Source: a virus (lineage: Duplodnaviria; Caudoviricetes). Taken from it: a DNA stretch of 38,012 bases. Below are positions 23,216 through 33,326 of the stretch, in pieces; position 1 is the first letter of the stretch, and each line of letters starts with the position of its first letter. A program made the position numbers and the translations under genes. The stretch is from positions 1 through 38,012 of the IMG/VR virus record IMGVR_UViG_3300032250_000034. One strand, given 5' to 3'. The notes beneath the pieces were generated by a model. It searched no databases. It was not told where the DNA came from and saw only the letters and a list, made by a program, of their open reading frames with translations.

Positions 23216-25119
23216 CAGAATTTAATACACCGTTTAGCACCGTAGGCTATATCACATACAAAAGGACATATGCTCGTCGATTGAACGAAGCAGATCCTGC
23301 TAGTCCTACAGAAGAGTTTGAAGACACAGTTAATCGTGTCGTAGCAGCGTCTAATGATCAGCTTAAGTGTGGCTTTACTGATGCTGAGAAGAAACGCTTA
23401 CAGAAGTATCTGATGGAATTGAAGGGTACTGTAGCAGGTCGCTTCTTATGGCAGCTTGGTACTGAGACAGTAGGTCGCTTAGGTCTAGCTAGTCTACAGA
23501 ACTGTGCATTCACTGTCATAGATCATCCAGTACGTCCCTTTACTTGGGCAATGGACTTATTAATGTTAGGATCTGGAGTTGGATATAATATTCAAAGAGA
23601 GCATATACAAAAACTTCCTCCTGTTAACTCCAGCTTTGCTACTCCTACTCGTGTGGATAGTAACGACGCTGACTTTATCGTTCCTGATTCTCGTGAGGGA
23701 TGGGTTCAGTTGCTTGGTAAGACTCTTAAGGCAGCTTTCCTCAGCGATAGTAAAACTACTTTTACGTATTCTACTATACTAGTACGAGGTAAGGGTTCTC
23801 CTATTAAGGGCTTCGGAGGCACTGCTTCAGGTGCTGAGGATTTATGTTGGGGTATTGCTAAGATCAGTGAGATCTTGGAGAAGAGAGCAGGTAGACAGCT
23901 ACGCTCTATCGACTGCCTCGACATTATGAATATTATCGGTGCAGTAGTAGTCGCTGGTAATGTAAGACGCTCTGCTCAGATTGCTATTGGTGATCCTGAT
24001 GACGTTGAATACTTGCTGGCTAAACGGTGGGACATGGGTAACATTCCCTCGTGGAGAGCTATGTCTAATAACAGCGTAGTATGTAACGACTTCAAAGATC
24101 TACATGAGTATTTCTGGGATGGGTATGAAGGTAAGGGCGAACCTTATGGTTTAATAAACCTGAAGCTTAGCAGAAAGATTGGAAGACTGGGAGAGACTCA
24201 GTATCCTGACCCTAAGGTGATGGGTTACAATCCTTGTGCTGAGCAGTCCCTAGCTCCTTATGAGACTTGTTGCTTAGCTGAGATATATCTATCGAATGTA
24301 ACTAGTAAGGAAGAATTCGTAGACATCTGTAAGCTGTTATATCGAATCAATAAGCATAGTCTCGCATTACCCTGCCATCTCGAAGAGACTGCAGATATTG
24401 TGCATAGTAATATGCGGATGGGCATCGGAGTTACTGGTGTCTTGCAAGCAAGTGATGAACAACGTAGCTGGTTATCTGAAGCTTATGAAGAGTTACGAGC
24501 TTTCGATAAGGAGTACAGTGCTAAGCATGGCTTTCCTGAGTCAGTAAAACTTACCACTGTTAAACCTTCAGGTACTCTATCGTTACTTCCAGGTGTAACT
24601 TCTGGTTGCCATCCTGCGTATTCTAGACACATGATTCGTAGGATTCGTATCGCAGCAGACCACGCTTTAGTACAAGTCTGTCGTGATCACGGTTATCCTG
24701 TGGAGTATCAGCGTAACTTTGATGGTAGTGAAGATCACAGTACAATGGTAGTTAGCTTCCCATTCTGCTATCCAGAGGGAACAAAGCTTGCTGCTGAGAT
24801 GACTGCGATTGATCAGCTAGAAGTTGTGAAATGGTTACAAGCTCATTGGTCAGACAATAGTGTTTCCTGTACAGTGTATTATCGTAAGGAAGAACTACCT
24901 GAGATTAAGAAGTACCTTGCTAAGAACTACAAGAACAACCACAAGTCCTTGTCTTTCCTGCTACACAATGAACATGGATTCCATCAAGCACCTTTAGAGG
25001 AGATTACTAAGGAGCAGTATGATGAGCTAGTCGCTAAGACTCGTTTGATTACTAAGGTAGATGAAGCAAACTTTGATGGAGGGGACGAGTGTGCCAGTGG
25101 TGCATGTCCAGTTAAATGA
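23212..25119 (+). CDS. nrdJ: Class II (adenosylcobalamin-dependent) ribonucleotide reductase, monomeric RTPR type
   Basis: RTYAR, LQNC, GNVRRSA, NPCAE, TVKPSGT, C-terminal CASGACP; no beta-subunit gene present. Confidence 0.93.
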   Translation: MTEFNTPFSTVGYITYKRTYARRLNEADPASPTEEFEDTVNRVVAASNDQLKCGFTDAEKKRLQKYLMELKGTVAGRFLWQLGTETVGRLGLASLQNCAFTVIDHPVRPFTWAMDLLMLGSGVGYNIQREHIQKLPPVNSSFATPTRVDSNDADFIVPDSREGWVQLLGKTLKAAFLSDSKTTFTYSTILVRGKGSPIKGFGGTASGAEDLCWGIAKISEILEKRAGRQLRSIDCLDIMNIIGAVVVAGNVRRSAQIAIGDPDDVEYLLAKRWDMGNIPSWRAMSNNSVVCNDFKDLHEYFWDGYEGKGEPYGLINLKLSRKIGRLGETQYPDPKVMGYNPCAEQSLAPYETCCLAEIYLSNVTSKEEFVDICKLLYRINKHSLALPCHLEETADIVHSNMRMGIGVTGVLQASDEQRSWLSEAYEELRAFDKEYSAKHGFPESVKLTTVKPSGTLSLLPGVTSGCHPAYSRHMIRRIRIAADHALVQVCRDHGYPVEYQRNFDGSEDHSTMVVSFPFCYPEGTKLAAEMTAIDQLEVVKWLQAHWSDNSVSCTVYYRKEELPEIKKYLAKNYKNNHKSLSFLLHNEHGFHQAPLEEITKEQYDELVAKTRLITKVDEANFDGGDECASGACPVK

Positions 25120-25244
25120 GTATAGAACTATATTTTCTCACTGGATTCATGGTAGGCTTTGAATACGTCGCTGAGTATGATGACTGTCGACATCTAATCG
25201 TAGACGTAGGAATATTCAGACTACTGTTTTCTTTTGAGCTGTAA
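25116..25244 (+). CDS. Hypothetical microprotein, 42 aa (MSIELYFLTGFMVGFEY...)
   Basis: ATGA overlap with nrdJ; ends just before the terminator. Confidence 0.7.
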   Translation: MSIELYFLTGFMVGFEYVAEYDDCRHLIVDVGIFRLLFSFEL

Positions 25245-25247
25245 CTT

Positions 25248-25273
25248 AAGAGCCCTCTTCGGAGGGCTTTTTT
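25248..25273 (+). terminator. Rho-independent terminator where the two arms converge (probably bidirectional)
   Basis: aag-AGCCCTC-TTCG-GAGGGCT-TTTTT. Confidence 0.92.
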
Positions 25274-25707
25274 CATTGGAACGGACGAGTACCAGCCTTA
25301 TCAATAATTAGAGCCTGTCTTCTGGGCTTATCAGAAGTACCGTTAGGAACGCTTATATGCGTCCAGGAGCTGAATTCTTCGATGATTTGATCGAAGGGTA
25401 TATCCGAAGCAATGCAAGCCTCTACGACCTGTTTAGGGGTCATTCCTGGGACTCTGATATCAGCAGCACAACCTATCCTATGTTGGCTAGTGTCCTTGCT
25501 ACCGACAGAGTCATTGACTGGTTTAGACCTAAAGCCTGAGTTAATCATTATTGGCTTACCTAATAGAGTTCTAACCTGCTCAAGCAAAGCTGCTAAGCGA
25601 GTTAAGTTAGCAACCTCACTGGCATTAGGGGTATTGTCTAAGTTTTTACGCTCAGCTACTTCTGAGTGGGTTAATTCTTCTAAGGTAAAGTTAGGGCTTA
25701 GGTTCAT
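25273..25707 (-). CDS. Endolysin, peptidase M15 family
   Basis: LSPNFTLEEL, INSGFRS, SQH..G.AAD, WTHIS. Confidence 0.92.
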   Translation of the reverse strand: MNLSPNFTLEELTHSEVAERKNLDNTPNASEVANLTRLAALLEQVRTLLGKPIMINSGFRSKPVNDSVGSKDTSQHRIGCAADIRVPGMTPKQVVEACIASDIPFDQIIEEFSSWTHISVPNGTSDKPRRQALIIDKAGTRPFQ

Positions 25708-26104
25708 CTTTACCTTTCTTCATATCCATTATCTTCTCCAGCGTACGTCCCCCGAAATAGAAAGACATAATCAACATCCCCCATTGACCTAGCAGTTCAA
25801 CATAGTTGTTGTTTACTTCTATGTCCCATGCTGACATCGTAGCGAATGCTGAATAGACTAAGAGAATAAACACTAACGTCATAGGTCTTATGTTCTTAGA
25901 TAACCAGCTATCACTAGCCATGTCTGCTTCATGTCTCTTAGTGAGTTCTTGTGCCTCAATGTTATCAGCTTGTAACTCAGCAAGCTTTCCTTCTTGCTGC
26001 ATCTGTAGTAGTTCTTTCTGAGCCTTTGCCTTAGCTTCTGGATCAGGAATAAATTTATCTAGGACTTTCATCCCAACATCGAATAGTGCCATCAATGGTA
26101 ACAT
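25691..26104 (-). CDS. Holin (3TM/GTA-type)
   Basis: LDKFIPDPEAKAKA...SDSWLSKNIRP, TM helices, YFGGRTLEK; adjacent to the endolysin. Confidence 0.85.
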   Translation of the reverse strand: MLPLMALFDVGMKVLDKFIPDPEAKAKAQKELLQMQQEGKLAELQADNIEAQELTKRHEADMASDSWLSKNIRPMTLVFILLVYSAFATMSAWDIEVNNNYVELLGQWGMLIMSFYFGGRTLEKIMDMKKGKDEPKP

Positions 26105-26556
26105 TATTGTTTAACTCCCCAGGTTAGATACCAAGCAATGACCGCAGCCACTGCATAGCACATGAACATTGCTCTACGAACCTTTGCCAAATCTTCTTTA
26201 AACTCTCTAGTAAGTTCATTGTCTTGTTTCTCTATCTTTTGTTTAATGGTTTCGATTTCAGTCCAGCGTTTAACTCCATGCTTTCTTATGAAATCAGCTT
26301 TGACTTTAGCTTCTTCGATACGGATGGATTCTTGACGTTGCCATTCCATCAATGCTCTCTTGAAGTACTGCTCTTTTAAGACCTGAGATTCTTTTATCTG
26401 CCTTCTACGCTCTAGGTCTTTCTGCTGTGCTACTGCTGCAGCATCCTTTTGTACATCGACAATACTTTTAGTAATGGATTTACTAGCCTCACGACTAGCG
26501 TCCATACTACTAGTTACAGACTTTGCTCCTTCTAAAAATCCAAATTGATCTGACAT
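26104..26556 (-). CDS. Coiled-coil protein with C-terminal TM helix
   Basis: Composition; TAATG coupling to the holin. Confidence 0.7.
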   Translation of the reverse strand: MSDQFGFLEGAKSVTSSMDASREASKSITKSIVDVQKDAAAVAQQKDLERRRQIKESQVLKEQYFKRALMEWQRQESIRIEEAKVKADFIRKHGVKRWTEIETIKQKIEKQDNELTREFKEDLAKVRRAMFMCYAVAAVIAWYLTWGVKQ

Positions 26557-26559
26557 ATC

Positions 26560-29500
26560 TCATTCTTCTAGTTCTAATCCTTTTTTATCAAGTCTTGCTC
26601 TGATGAACTGTGTTCTAAATTCTGGGTCTTGAAGCTTTTCTCCTAGCATAATTCTAGTAGCTGCACTGCGAGCTGTTTTTAATCCTCTTTCTAATACTAC
26701 TTTTTTTACTTTATCAGTAAGGTTATCATAACCAGCAGATTGGATGATTTGATTTAAGATTAAATCAGAATACTGACTAGAGATAGCCTGATACTTAGCT
26801 TGATCAGCACCTTCTAATTCTACACCACGAAGAGTCTTACTAGGTAAGTTATAGTCTACCTTAGTACGAGCTACTTCTTCTTGTACTGCATTGCGTGTAG
26901 CAGGAGCTGTCTGTAGTCCAGTGTAAGCTGCAAAGCCATACGATGGATTCTCTCTTGCTCCTCCAAATAACTTAGACTGTACTGGTAGTTCTGAACGAGA
27001 AGGAATAGGAAGACCTAATCCAAAGTCAGGAATACGATTCTGTACTGCCTCGCCAAAGCTAGTCACAACACGAGCATAAGGATCTTGTGAACGTGCAGGA
27101 GCTGCTATAAAAGATGGGACTAGTAAGCCAGCAAAGCCATTTATAAAGCTACCACCGTAACGCTCTGGATCATGTACTGCCTGTAGTAAACCAGAGATAC
27201 CTTCTAAGTATGTCTTAGATACAATGTTCTTAGTTACACCTGCTACGACATCCACTACTAATTCTTTTTCTTTCTTAGAATCGTAGGATGGTTTATCTAC
27301 ATATGTACGCACTGCGTTAATACCGTCTACTGCAGAGCCCATGATAGTTGCTAAAGGTTCTACACGAGCGTAGGAATAATATGTATCGCCAATACGAATA
27401 CTATACTCAGGAATACCAGCAGCAATCATAGCGTTACGCTTAGCAGCATCCTTAGGATACGAACCAGTAACAGTATCGTCAGCTACCTGTTGAGCTAGTG
27501 CAGCAGTTATGCCCATGCCAATAGCAGTTCTTGCTACCTTAACATCCGTAGGAGTATTCTTAGAGAAGACACCTAATGGAGTATATGACAGAGCATCCTT
27601 CATAATGTTGATAGGAGTCTTAACGAAAGGGATGACAGGAGCTACCCAAGGATGAGCTGCTCGTAGAGCTAAGAGTTTATTACCAAAACTACCTAAGTCT
27701 GCCTGGAATGTAGCTTGCTTAGCAAAGTTACGTACATCGTCAACAAGCTTAACACGAGCACTGTCAGGTAGTGTAGCTAATTCAGGAGCTTTCAAGATGT
27801 TATCTTTCCAGTCTACTGTCTTAGTGTTTACAGTACGCAAAGCATTGTATACTGTCTCAGTATCTCCATACTTACCAGAAGAAGCTAAGCGATAGGCTTG
27901 AGCATTGTATTCCATACGACGGAAGACAGATTTGAAGAATTCGTCAACACCTACGCTAAGACGACTAGGAGTACGAATTACTTCTCCTAATACCTTTTCA
28001 ACTTTAGTAGCACCTTCTTGTGTACCTATAGCACCACGAATCTCAGGCATTGCTGCATCGAGAGGACTACCACGTAGGAATCCTTCCTTAGCAAAGAATG
28101 CAGATTCTAAGACACCATCCATCAATCCTCTGAATGCAGGAAGAACTTCTCCAATCTTAACTTTACTTGCAGGATTGACTGCTTGTAAGATACGCTCAGT
28201 ACCTAACAGACCTACCTTAGCAACACCAGAGAATGCGTTAACTGCAGTGGTAGCTAGACCAGATATGTAGGAGTTAACTACGAACTCACCGAACTTGTCT
28301 GCCCATCCTGGTTGTTTAACAGATTCTTTAGTAAGCTCAGCAATAGATTTATTCTTATCAAAGCTAGTGCCAGGAGCAGACTTAATAGCAGACACAGCAT
28401 CACGCAGTGCAAAGATGTCTGACAGTTCTTTACCGCCATTCTTAGACAATCCTTTAAGGATCTCCTCAGTAGAACCAATTACTTTCTTCTGAGCTTTAGC
28501 TGCTGCTAAGGCACGACCAATATTAGATACGTTACCAATAGCAGAGAATAGGATAGGTTTAACTTCATCGAAATCTTTCTTAAATACTGCAGCAATCTCT
28601 GCATCAGTCATACCAGCAGCACGACCATTTAAGAATAACTCATCGATAGAGTTAATCATATCTACACCACGCTGTAACGCAGGAAGATAAGCATTGATTA
28701 GATCACGACCACCTAGTTCCTGTACCTTACGATTGAGTAAGAAGTTCACTGCGGAGTCAGCAGGAATATTGAGAGGTGTTGTATCTAACTCAGTAGCAAT
28801 AGCTCCTTTGTTAGCTGATACGATACGAGTAAGTAACTGCTCTGGATCTTCTGCTTTGTAGCCAGCTTTAAGATACGCTGCTAAGTTCTGTTCACGTAGT
28901 GGATTATCTGCACTGAATGCAGCAGTAAGCCTAGAAGCAGGTATGTCAGTTAGTCTGAACGGAGCATCTGTAAAGAGAGCACGATAGTCTCCACCAGCAA
29001 TCTCATTGGTTAACTTAGTAGCTAACTCAGAGTCTTCTAACTGCTGGAGCAAAGGAACAATACTGTCTTGTAGTTCAATGTTCTTAGCAGCAGTAACATC
29101 AGCAATCTCTTGAGCAATAGAACTTAGTGGTACATTGTCCTGAGTAATCTTACCTGATCCTCCTAAGAGAACAGCACGATTATCTTTTAATTCTTTACCA
29201 GCATTAGTAACAGCTTCTTTACCGTACTTCTGAATCAATCCTCCGATTGTACCACCGAGAGCACCTCCTACGACAGCACCACCAGCAATGTTTAATAGTC
29301 TGCTATCATCACCATAGACAGGCTCTAATGCTCCCATTACAGCACCAGCTCCTGCAATGTTACGAGCACCTTGTGCAACAGTACGAACTCCTCCGAGAGG
29401 AACTAAGTTAATAGGATCTAGAATACTTCCAGCAATCTGTGAACCATACGCTGCAACAGGACGTTGCTGAGCCATCATTCTGAATTCAGCTTCACGCTGT

Positions 29501-29814
29501 AAATCTGTTTGTTGGATTTGACCAGGAGTTGCTAAGCTAGAGATTTGATCAGCCGTTGGAGTTCCTTGCATCTGAGTGATTAAGTCTTGCTCCTCAGTAG
29601 GAATGTTAGAAGGAGTTCCTCCTAAGAGTTGAGCTGCTCCACGAATAGACGAAGTAATACCACGCTCTACACCACGAGCAATAGTTTCTCCTACACCATA
29701 TTGTTTACCAGGTTCAGTGCCTAATTGTTTTTGTATTACTGCAGCAATTTCTTCATTAGACATCGAATCAGGAAACTCTATATTTCCTAAGACAGGTACT
29801 TGAATTATTGGCAT
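26560..29814 (-). CDS. Large internal virion (DNA ejection) protein
   Basis: 1084 aa, helical; PFVKTPINI, YSYARVEP, KTYLEGIS motifs; third of three internal-protein genes. Confidence 0.75.
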   Translation of the reverse strand: MPIIQVPVLGNIEFPDSMSNEEIAAVIQKQLGTEPGKQYGVGETIARGVERGITSSIRGAAQLLGGTPSNIPTEEQDLITQMQGTPTADQISSLATPGQIQQTDLQREAEFRMMAQQRPVAAYGSQIAGSILDPINLVPLGGVRTVAQGARNIAGAGAVMGALEPVYGDDSRLLNIAGGAVVGGALGGTIGGLIQKYGKEAVTNAGKELKDNRAVLLGGSGKITQDNVPLSSIAQEIADVTAAKNIELQDSIVPLLQQLEDSELATKLTNEIAGGDYRALFTDAPFRLTDIPASRLTAAFSADNPLREQNLAAYLKAGYKAEDPEQLLTRIVSANKGAIATELDTTPLNIPADSAVNFLLNRKVQELGGRDLINAYLPALQRGVDMINSIDELFLNGRAAGMTDAEIAAVFKKDFDEVKPILFSAIGNVSNIGRALAAAKAQKKVIGSTEEILKGLSKNGGKELSDIFALRDAVSAIKSAPGTSFDKNKSIAELTKESVKQPGWADKFGEFVVNSYISGLATTAVNAFSGVAKVGLLGTERILQAVNPASKVKIGEVLPAFRGLMDGVLESAFFAKEGFLRGSPLDAAMPEIRGAIGTQEGATKVEKVLGEVIRTPSRLSVGVDEFFKSVFRRMEYNAQAYRLASSGKYGDTETVYNALRTVNTKTVDWKDNILKAPELATLPDSARVKLVDDVRNFAKQATFQADLGSFGNKLLALRAAHPWVAPVIPFVKTPINIMKDALSYTPLGVFSKNTPTDVKVARTAIGMGITAALAQQVADDTVTGSYPKDAAKRNAMIAAGIPEYSIRIGDTYYSYARVEPLATIMGSAVDGINAVRTYVDKPSYDSKKEKELVVDVVAGVTKNIVSKTYLEGISGLLQAVHDPERYGGSFINGFAGLLVPSFIAAPARSQDPYARVVTSFGEAVQNRIPDFGLGLPIPSRSELPVQSKLFGGARENPSYGFAAYTGLQTAPATRNAVQEEVARTKVDYNLPSKTLRGVELEGADQAKYQAISSQYSDLILNQIIQSAGYDNLTDKVKKVVLERGLKTARSAATRIMLGEKLQDPEFRTQFIRARLDKKGLELEE

Positions 29815-30686
29815 TATTTTACAGGCTCAATCTGACCAGTTTGTGGGTTATATACTCCTGTAGCTCTGCCACCACTAGTAGCTGGTTTAGCAGCACCTGC
29901 TGGAGGTGCAGTTATTCCTAATGCCTCAGGAGGAATTGGTTCATAAGTTGTAGCTCCTGTCTTCTTATCTATCTTAGCGATTGAAACTGGTATCTGAGCA
30001 GCGTTAGTAATGACCTTCCAATCATACTTACCAGATTCAATTTGCTCTAACTGATTTTTTGCACTAGCACGTTGAGCGTCTGTCTGAGCATTACGTAGAG
30101 CAATCTCTGCCAAGTCTTTAGCTTGTTGAGTATCTTGTCTAAGAGTAATCTTACCAAGTAAACCAGACAGTTCATTGGCTTTATCGTTATTTCCTTCTTT
30201 ACGAAATGTAGCAATATCCGACATAAGCTTATCAGGGTTCTTAGTATATAGTTCAATCTGAGCAGCTTCAAGTTTAAGAGCTTCGCCTTTAGCCTTATCC
30301 ATTTCTGACTGTACTCTACGTAGTTCTTGAGTAGCCATTAAAGCTTGCTGACCTAAACCAGCTTCAGAGAATCCAGTCTGTAGATTCTTATAGAAAGATA
30401 ATGGATCGTTAGGATCAGAGTTCTGCATAGCATTGTTGTAGACATTTTGTATATTAGTTAGTCTTTGTAATACAGGATTAGTAACTTCAAAGAAGCCACG
30501 ATCTTGTGCTACGTTGACTAAACCTCTACCAAGCAGTGAACCAAGAGTAGCTCCTAGTTGGCTTTGTGCAGGTAAAGCATTGATACGAGCTTGTTCTTGC
30601 TGAATTAACTGTTGACGATAAAGCTCAGGATCTGCTCCGAGCAATGCTTGTTGATTACCTAATAGTGGATTTACTGGCTGTCCCAT
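29814..30686 (-). CDS. Internal virion protein
   Basis: Q/A-rich helical protein; position in the ejection module. Confidence 0.65.
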   Translation of the reverse strand: MGQPVNPLLGNQQALLGADPELYRQQLIQQEQARINALPAQSQLGATLGSLLGRGLVNVAQDRGFFEVTNPVLQRLTNIQNVYNNAMQNSDPNDPLSFYKNLQTGFSEAGLGQQALMATQELRRVQSEMDKAKGEALKLEAAQIELYTKNPDKLMSDIATFRKEGNNDKANELSGLLGKITLRQDTQQAKDLAEIALRNAQTDAQRASAKNQLEQIESGKYDWKVITNAAQIPVSIAKIDKKTGATTYEPIPPEALGITAPPAGAAKPATSGGRATGVYNPQTGQIEPVK

Positions 30687-30698
30687 AATTATTCCTTA

Positions 30699-31730
30699 TT
30701 AAAGTCTGAACCCAGGGTTGCCACTAAAGCCACCCATATTAGTGCTATAACCAGAAGAGTTTACTGGCATTGGCTGTGTGCCTCCCCCTCCTCCACCTGC
30801 GTAAGCCGCACTACCTGCTTGAATTAAACTAGAGAGGAACTGATTGTTCATCTGCTGAGCTTGTAAGTTAGCACCGTATTGTGTCTGAGCACCTTGCATC
30901 ATGCCTCCAAAGTACTGCTGAGATCCTGCTGTTTGACCAGGTATAGCAGCTTGTCCTAGTTGCATACCTAACTGATAAGGCTGCATAGCCATGTTTTCTA
31001 CTTGACTTGAGACTCCTAATGCAGCAAGCAATGGAGAGTATGCACCAGCTTCTCCTTGTACTTGTGTTCCTAGGAGACCAGCACTAGTGCCAAACAAACC
31101 AGCACCAAACTGAACTCTTTGACGACCAGCTTGTTCAGCATTAGCAGCTAGTTGTAAATCCTGCTGAGCTAATGCATTGTAATATGCTTGCATTTCAGGA
31201 GATGCAGGAGCAGTACCTGTTCCAGTCTGTACTCCTAAGCCACTACGACCACGAGCAAACGCACCGCCTCTAGCATTAGCTAATTGAGTTTGTCTACCAG
31301 AAGCTAGTAAATTTTGTTGACTAGTAATATAATCCTTAGCAGCTTGTTCTGGAGATGTAGCTATATAATCTTGACCTAATTGAGACAAGCGTTGAGCAGC
31401 ACCAGTCAGTGGAGCATACTGACTCTGCATGTATTCTGCTTGTGCAAGTGTAGGAGCAAATCGTCCAAAAAGCTGTTCTTGTAGTGCAGTTAGTTCAGGA
31501 GCACCAGTGTACTTTGCTGCTGAAACATAAGGAACACCTGTAGAAGGATCTGTTGTACGAGTGAACTCAGACGTACCAAATCTAGTAGTCATTCCTACAG
31601 GACGGAAAGCAGCAATACTAGCAGCATCTATACCAGCCTGTCGCTGTTGTGCTGCAGCTATTTCTCCTGATCTCCGTACTCCACTAGCCCCTGTGAAGGG
31701 ATCTAGTATGGTGCTAACTATCTTACCCAT
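30699..31730 (-). CDS. Internal virion / pilot protein
   Basis: G/A/Q-rich; FRPVG.TTRFG motif; position. Confidence 0.65.
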   Translation of the reverse strand: MGKIVSTILDPFTGASGVRRSGEIAAAQQRQAGIDAASIAAFRPVGMTTRFGTSEFTRTTDPSTGVPYVSAAKYTGAPELTALQEQLFGRFAPTLAQAEYMQSQYAPLTGAAQRLSQLGQDYIATSPEQAAKDYITSQQNLLASGRQTQLANARGGAFARGRSGLGVQTGTGTAPASPEMQAYYNALAQQDLQLAANAEQAGRQRVQFGAGLFGTSAGLLGTQVQGEAGAYSPLLAALGVSSQVENMAMQPYQLGMQLGQAAIPGQTAGSQQYFGGMMQGAQTQYGANLQAQQMNNQFLSSLIQAGSAAYAGGGGGGTQPMPVNSSGYSTNMGGFSGNPGFRL

Positions 31731-32014
31731 TACTTGCTCCTAATAAATATAGTGTATTTCTTGTCGTTAACTTCTATAGGTTTTAATATTTCCCATCCTG
31801 TTAAACTACCAAACTTAGCAAGCTTAATATCTTCTTCTTCTACTAATGCTAACAGAGGAACATTAGTCATATATTGCAATAAGTTTAAATCTTCTAAGTA
31901 TTTCTTCTTTACTTCCTGCGACCACTTATGTACATCTGTATGAAACCACAATGCTGAATCGTGTAATTCTAAGTACATTGTGTAGTCATCTCTCAAGACT
32001 ACAGGTACTTTCAT
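31730..32014 (-). CDS. Small degenerate GNAT-like tail/ejection assembly protein
   Basis: HTDV..W...KL.KF...GW; position equivalent to T7 gp13. Confidence 0.5.
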   Translation of the reverse strand: MKVPVVLRDDYTMYLELHDSALWFHTDVHKWSQEVKKKYLEDLNLLQYMTNVPLLALVEEEDIKLAKFGSLTGWEILKPIEVNDKKYTIFIRSK

Positions 32015-32015
32015 A

Positions 32016-33317
32016 TTAAGTCTTCATAATATATGCAAGAGCATAGTATGGAGGTAAGTTAGCATTTGTACCGCTAACACCTGCTGCGTTAACTGATGTA
32101 GAAACAGTGATTCCAGTTGTTGCTACACTTGTATCTCTAATTGGTGCAGAGTCATTAGTTGCTGTTAAACCACCAGTACCGCCAATAGTAGAAGCTATAT
32201 ATGTATGTTTATGTCCAGGATCTGTTACCGTAGAAATAGCAGTGTGGGTATGACTTACTGCAATAGAATCTTTAGAACCTCCAGTAGCACCCACAGTAAC
32301 TGTACCAGCAGAAGCAGAAACTGTTGTACTTGCAAAATACTGAGCAGTGTTTAAAGTATACGTTCCAGTATTTCCTGATCCAGTTCCAAGAGCAGAAATA
32401 GATGTACTAAAAGAAACACCAGTTCCAGTTAAAAACTGACCTACACTTAAAGTACCTGACGCTACAGCAGTTACCGTCATTAAAGTAGATAAAATACTTA
32501 ATGTAGTACTTGATAAAGTAAACGTACCAGTAAACGAACCGCTTGAACGAGTCTGAGAAATAGTTACAACGTAAGTTCCAATACCGCCAGTAGTTCCTGT
32601 TAATTGAGATGAGATAGTTGTGTTAGCAGTTACACTGTTACCAGTTAAAACTTGACCTACAATAAGCGTTCCAGAAGTAATCTCAGTTACTGTCAAAGTA
32701 GTGCCTGAAATAGATCCTGTAAAAGAAACTGTTGAACCAGTATAAGTTAATGTATATGTACCAGTACCGCCTGTTCCTGTTCCTAAGCCAGTGATTGTTG
32801 CTGTTTCTACAATAGAAGAATTAGATACTATATCTCCTACAGTAATAAGACCACCACTAGCAACGGCTGAAACAGTAAGAGTAGTTCCTGAAATAGAACC
32901 TGTAACGCTTGCTCCAGCTTTAGCTGTTACTGAAGCTGTTGTTTCTCCAGCACCGATAACAAATTTACCACGTAAATCAGGTGTGCTGTTACTTCCGTCG
33001 CATAGTCTCCAGCCAGTTGGAATAGCAGAAATAGCACCAGACCACATACAGATAACACCTGTAGGAAGAAGTGCAGCGATTGCTGTTTGAATAAAAGCTG
33101 TACTAGCTATTTGAGTTGTATTAGTGCCAGACGCAGCAGTAGGTACTGTTGGTGTGCCTGTCAAAGCAGGACTATTGGTATCAGCCTTAGAAGAAATAGC
33201 TGAAGCAATAGCAGTAAGCTCAGTATCAATCTCTGTGCCTTTAACAATCTTGCCTGAGTTACCAGTTGGTAATCCATCTTTAGCTGTAAAGTTAGTTGCT
33301 TTTGTATAATTTGCCAT
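32016..33317 (-). CDS. Tail-collar domain fibre with three internal beta repeats
   Basis: G.ICMWSG...IPTGWRLCDG...PDLRGKFVIGAG collar; SHTH; NLPPYYALAYIMK. Confidence 0.85.
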   Translation of the reverse strand: MANYTKATNFTAKDGLPTGNSGKIVKGTEIDTELTAIASAISSKADTNSPALTGTPTVPTAASGTNTTQIASTAFIQTAIAALLPTGVICMWSGAISAIPTGWRLCDGSNSTPDLRGKFVIGAGETTASVTAKAGASVTGSISGTTLTVSAVASGGLITVGDIVSNSSIVETATITGLGTGTGGTGTYTLTYTGSTVSFTGSISGTTLTVTEITSGTLIVGQVLTGNSVTANTTISSQLTGTTGGIGTYVVTISQTRSSGSFTGTFTLSSTTLSILSTLMTVTAVASGTLSVGQFLTGTGVSFSTSISALGTGSGNTGTYTLNTAQYFASTTVSASAGTVTVGATGGSKDSIAVSHTHTAISTVTDPGHKHTYIASTIGGTGGLTATNDSAPIRDTSVATTGITVSTSVNAAGVSGTNANLPPYYALAYIMKT

Positions 33318-33326
33318 AGTGTGTCC

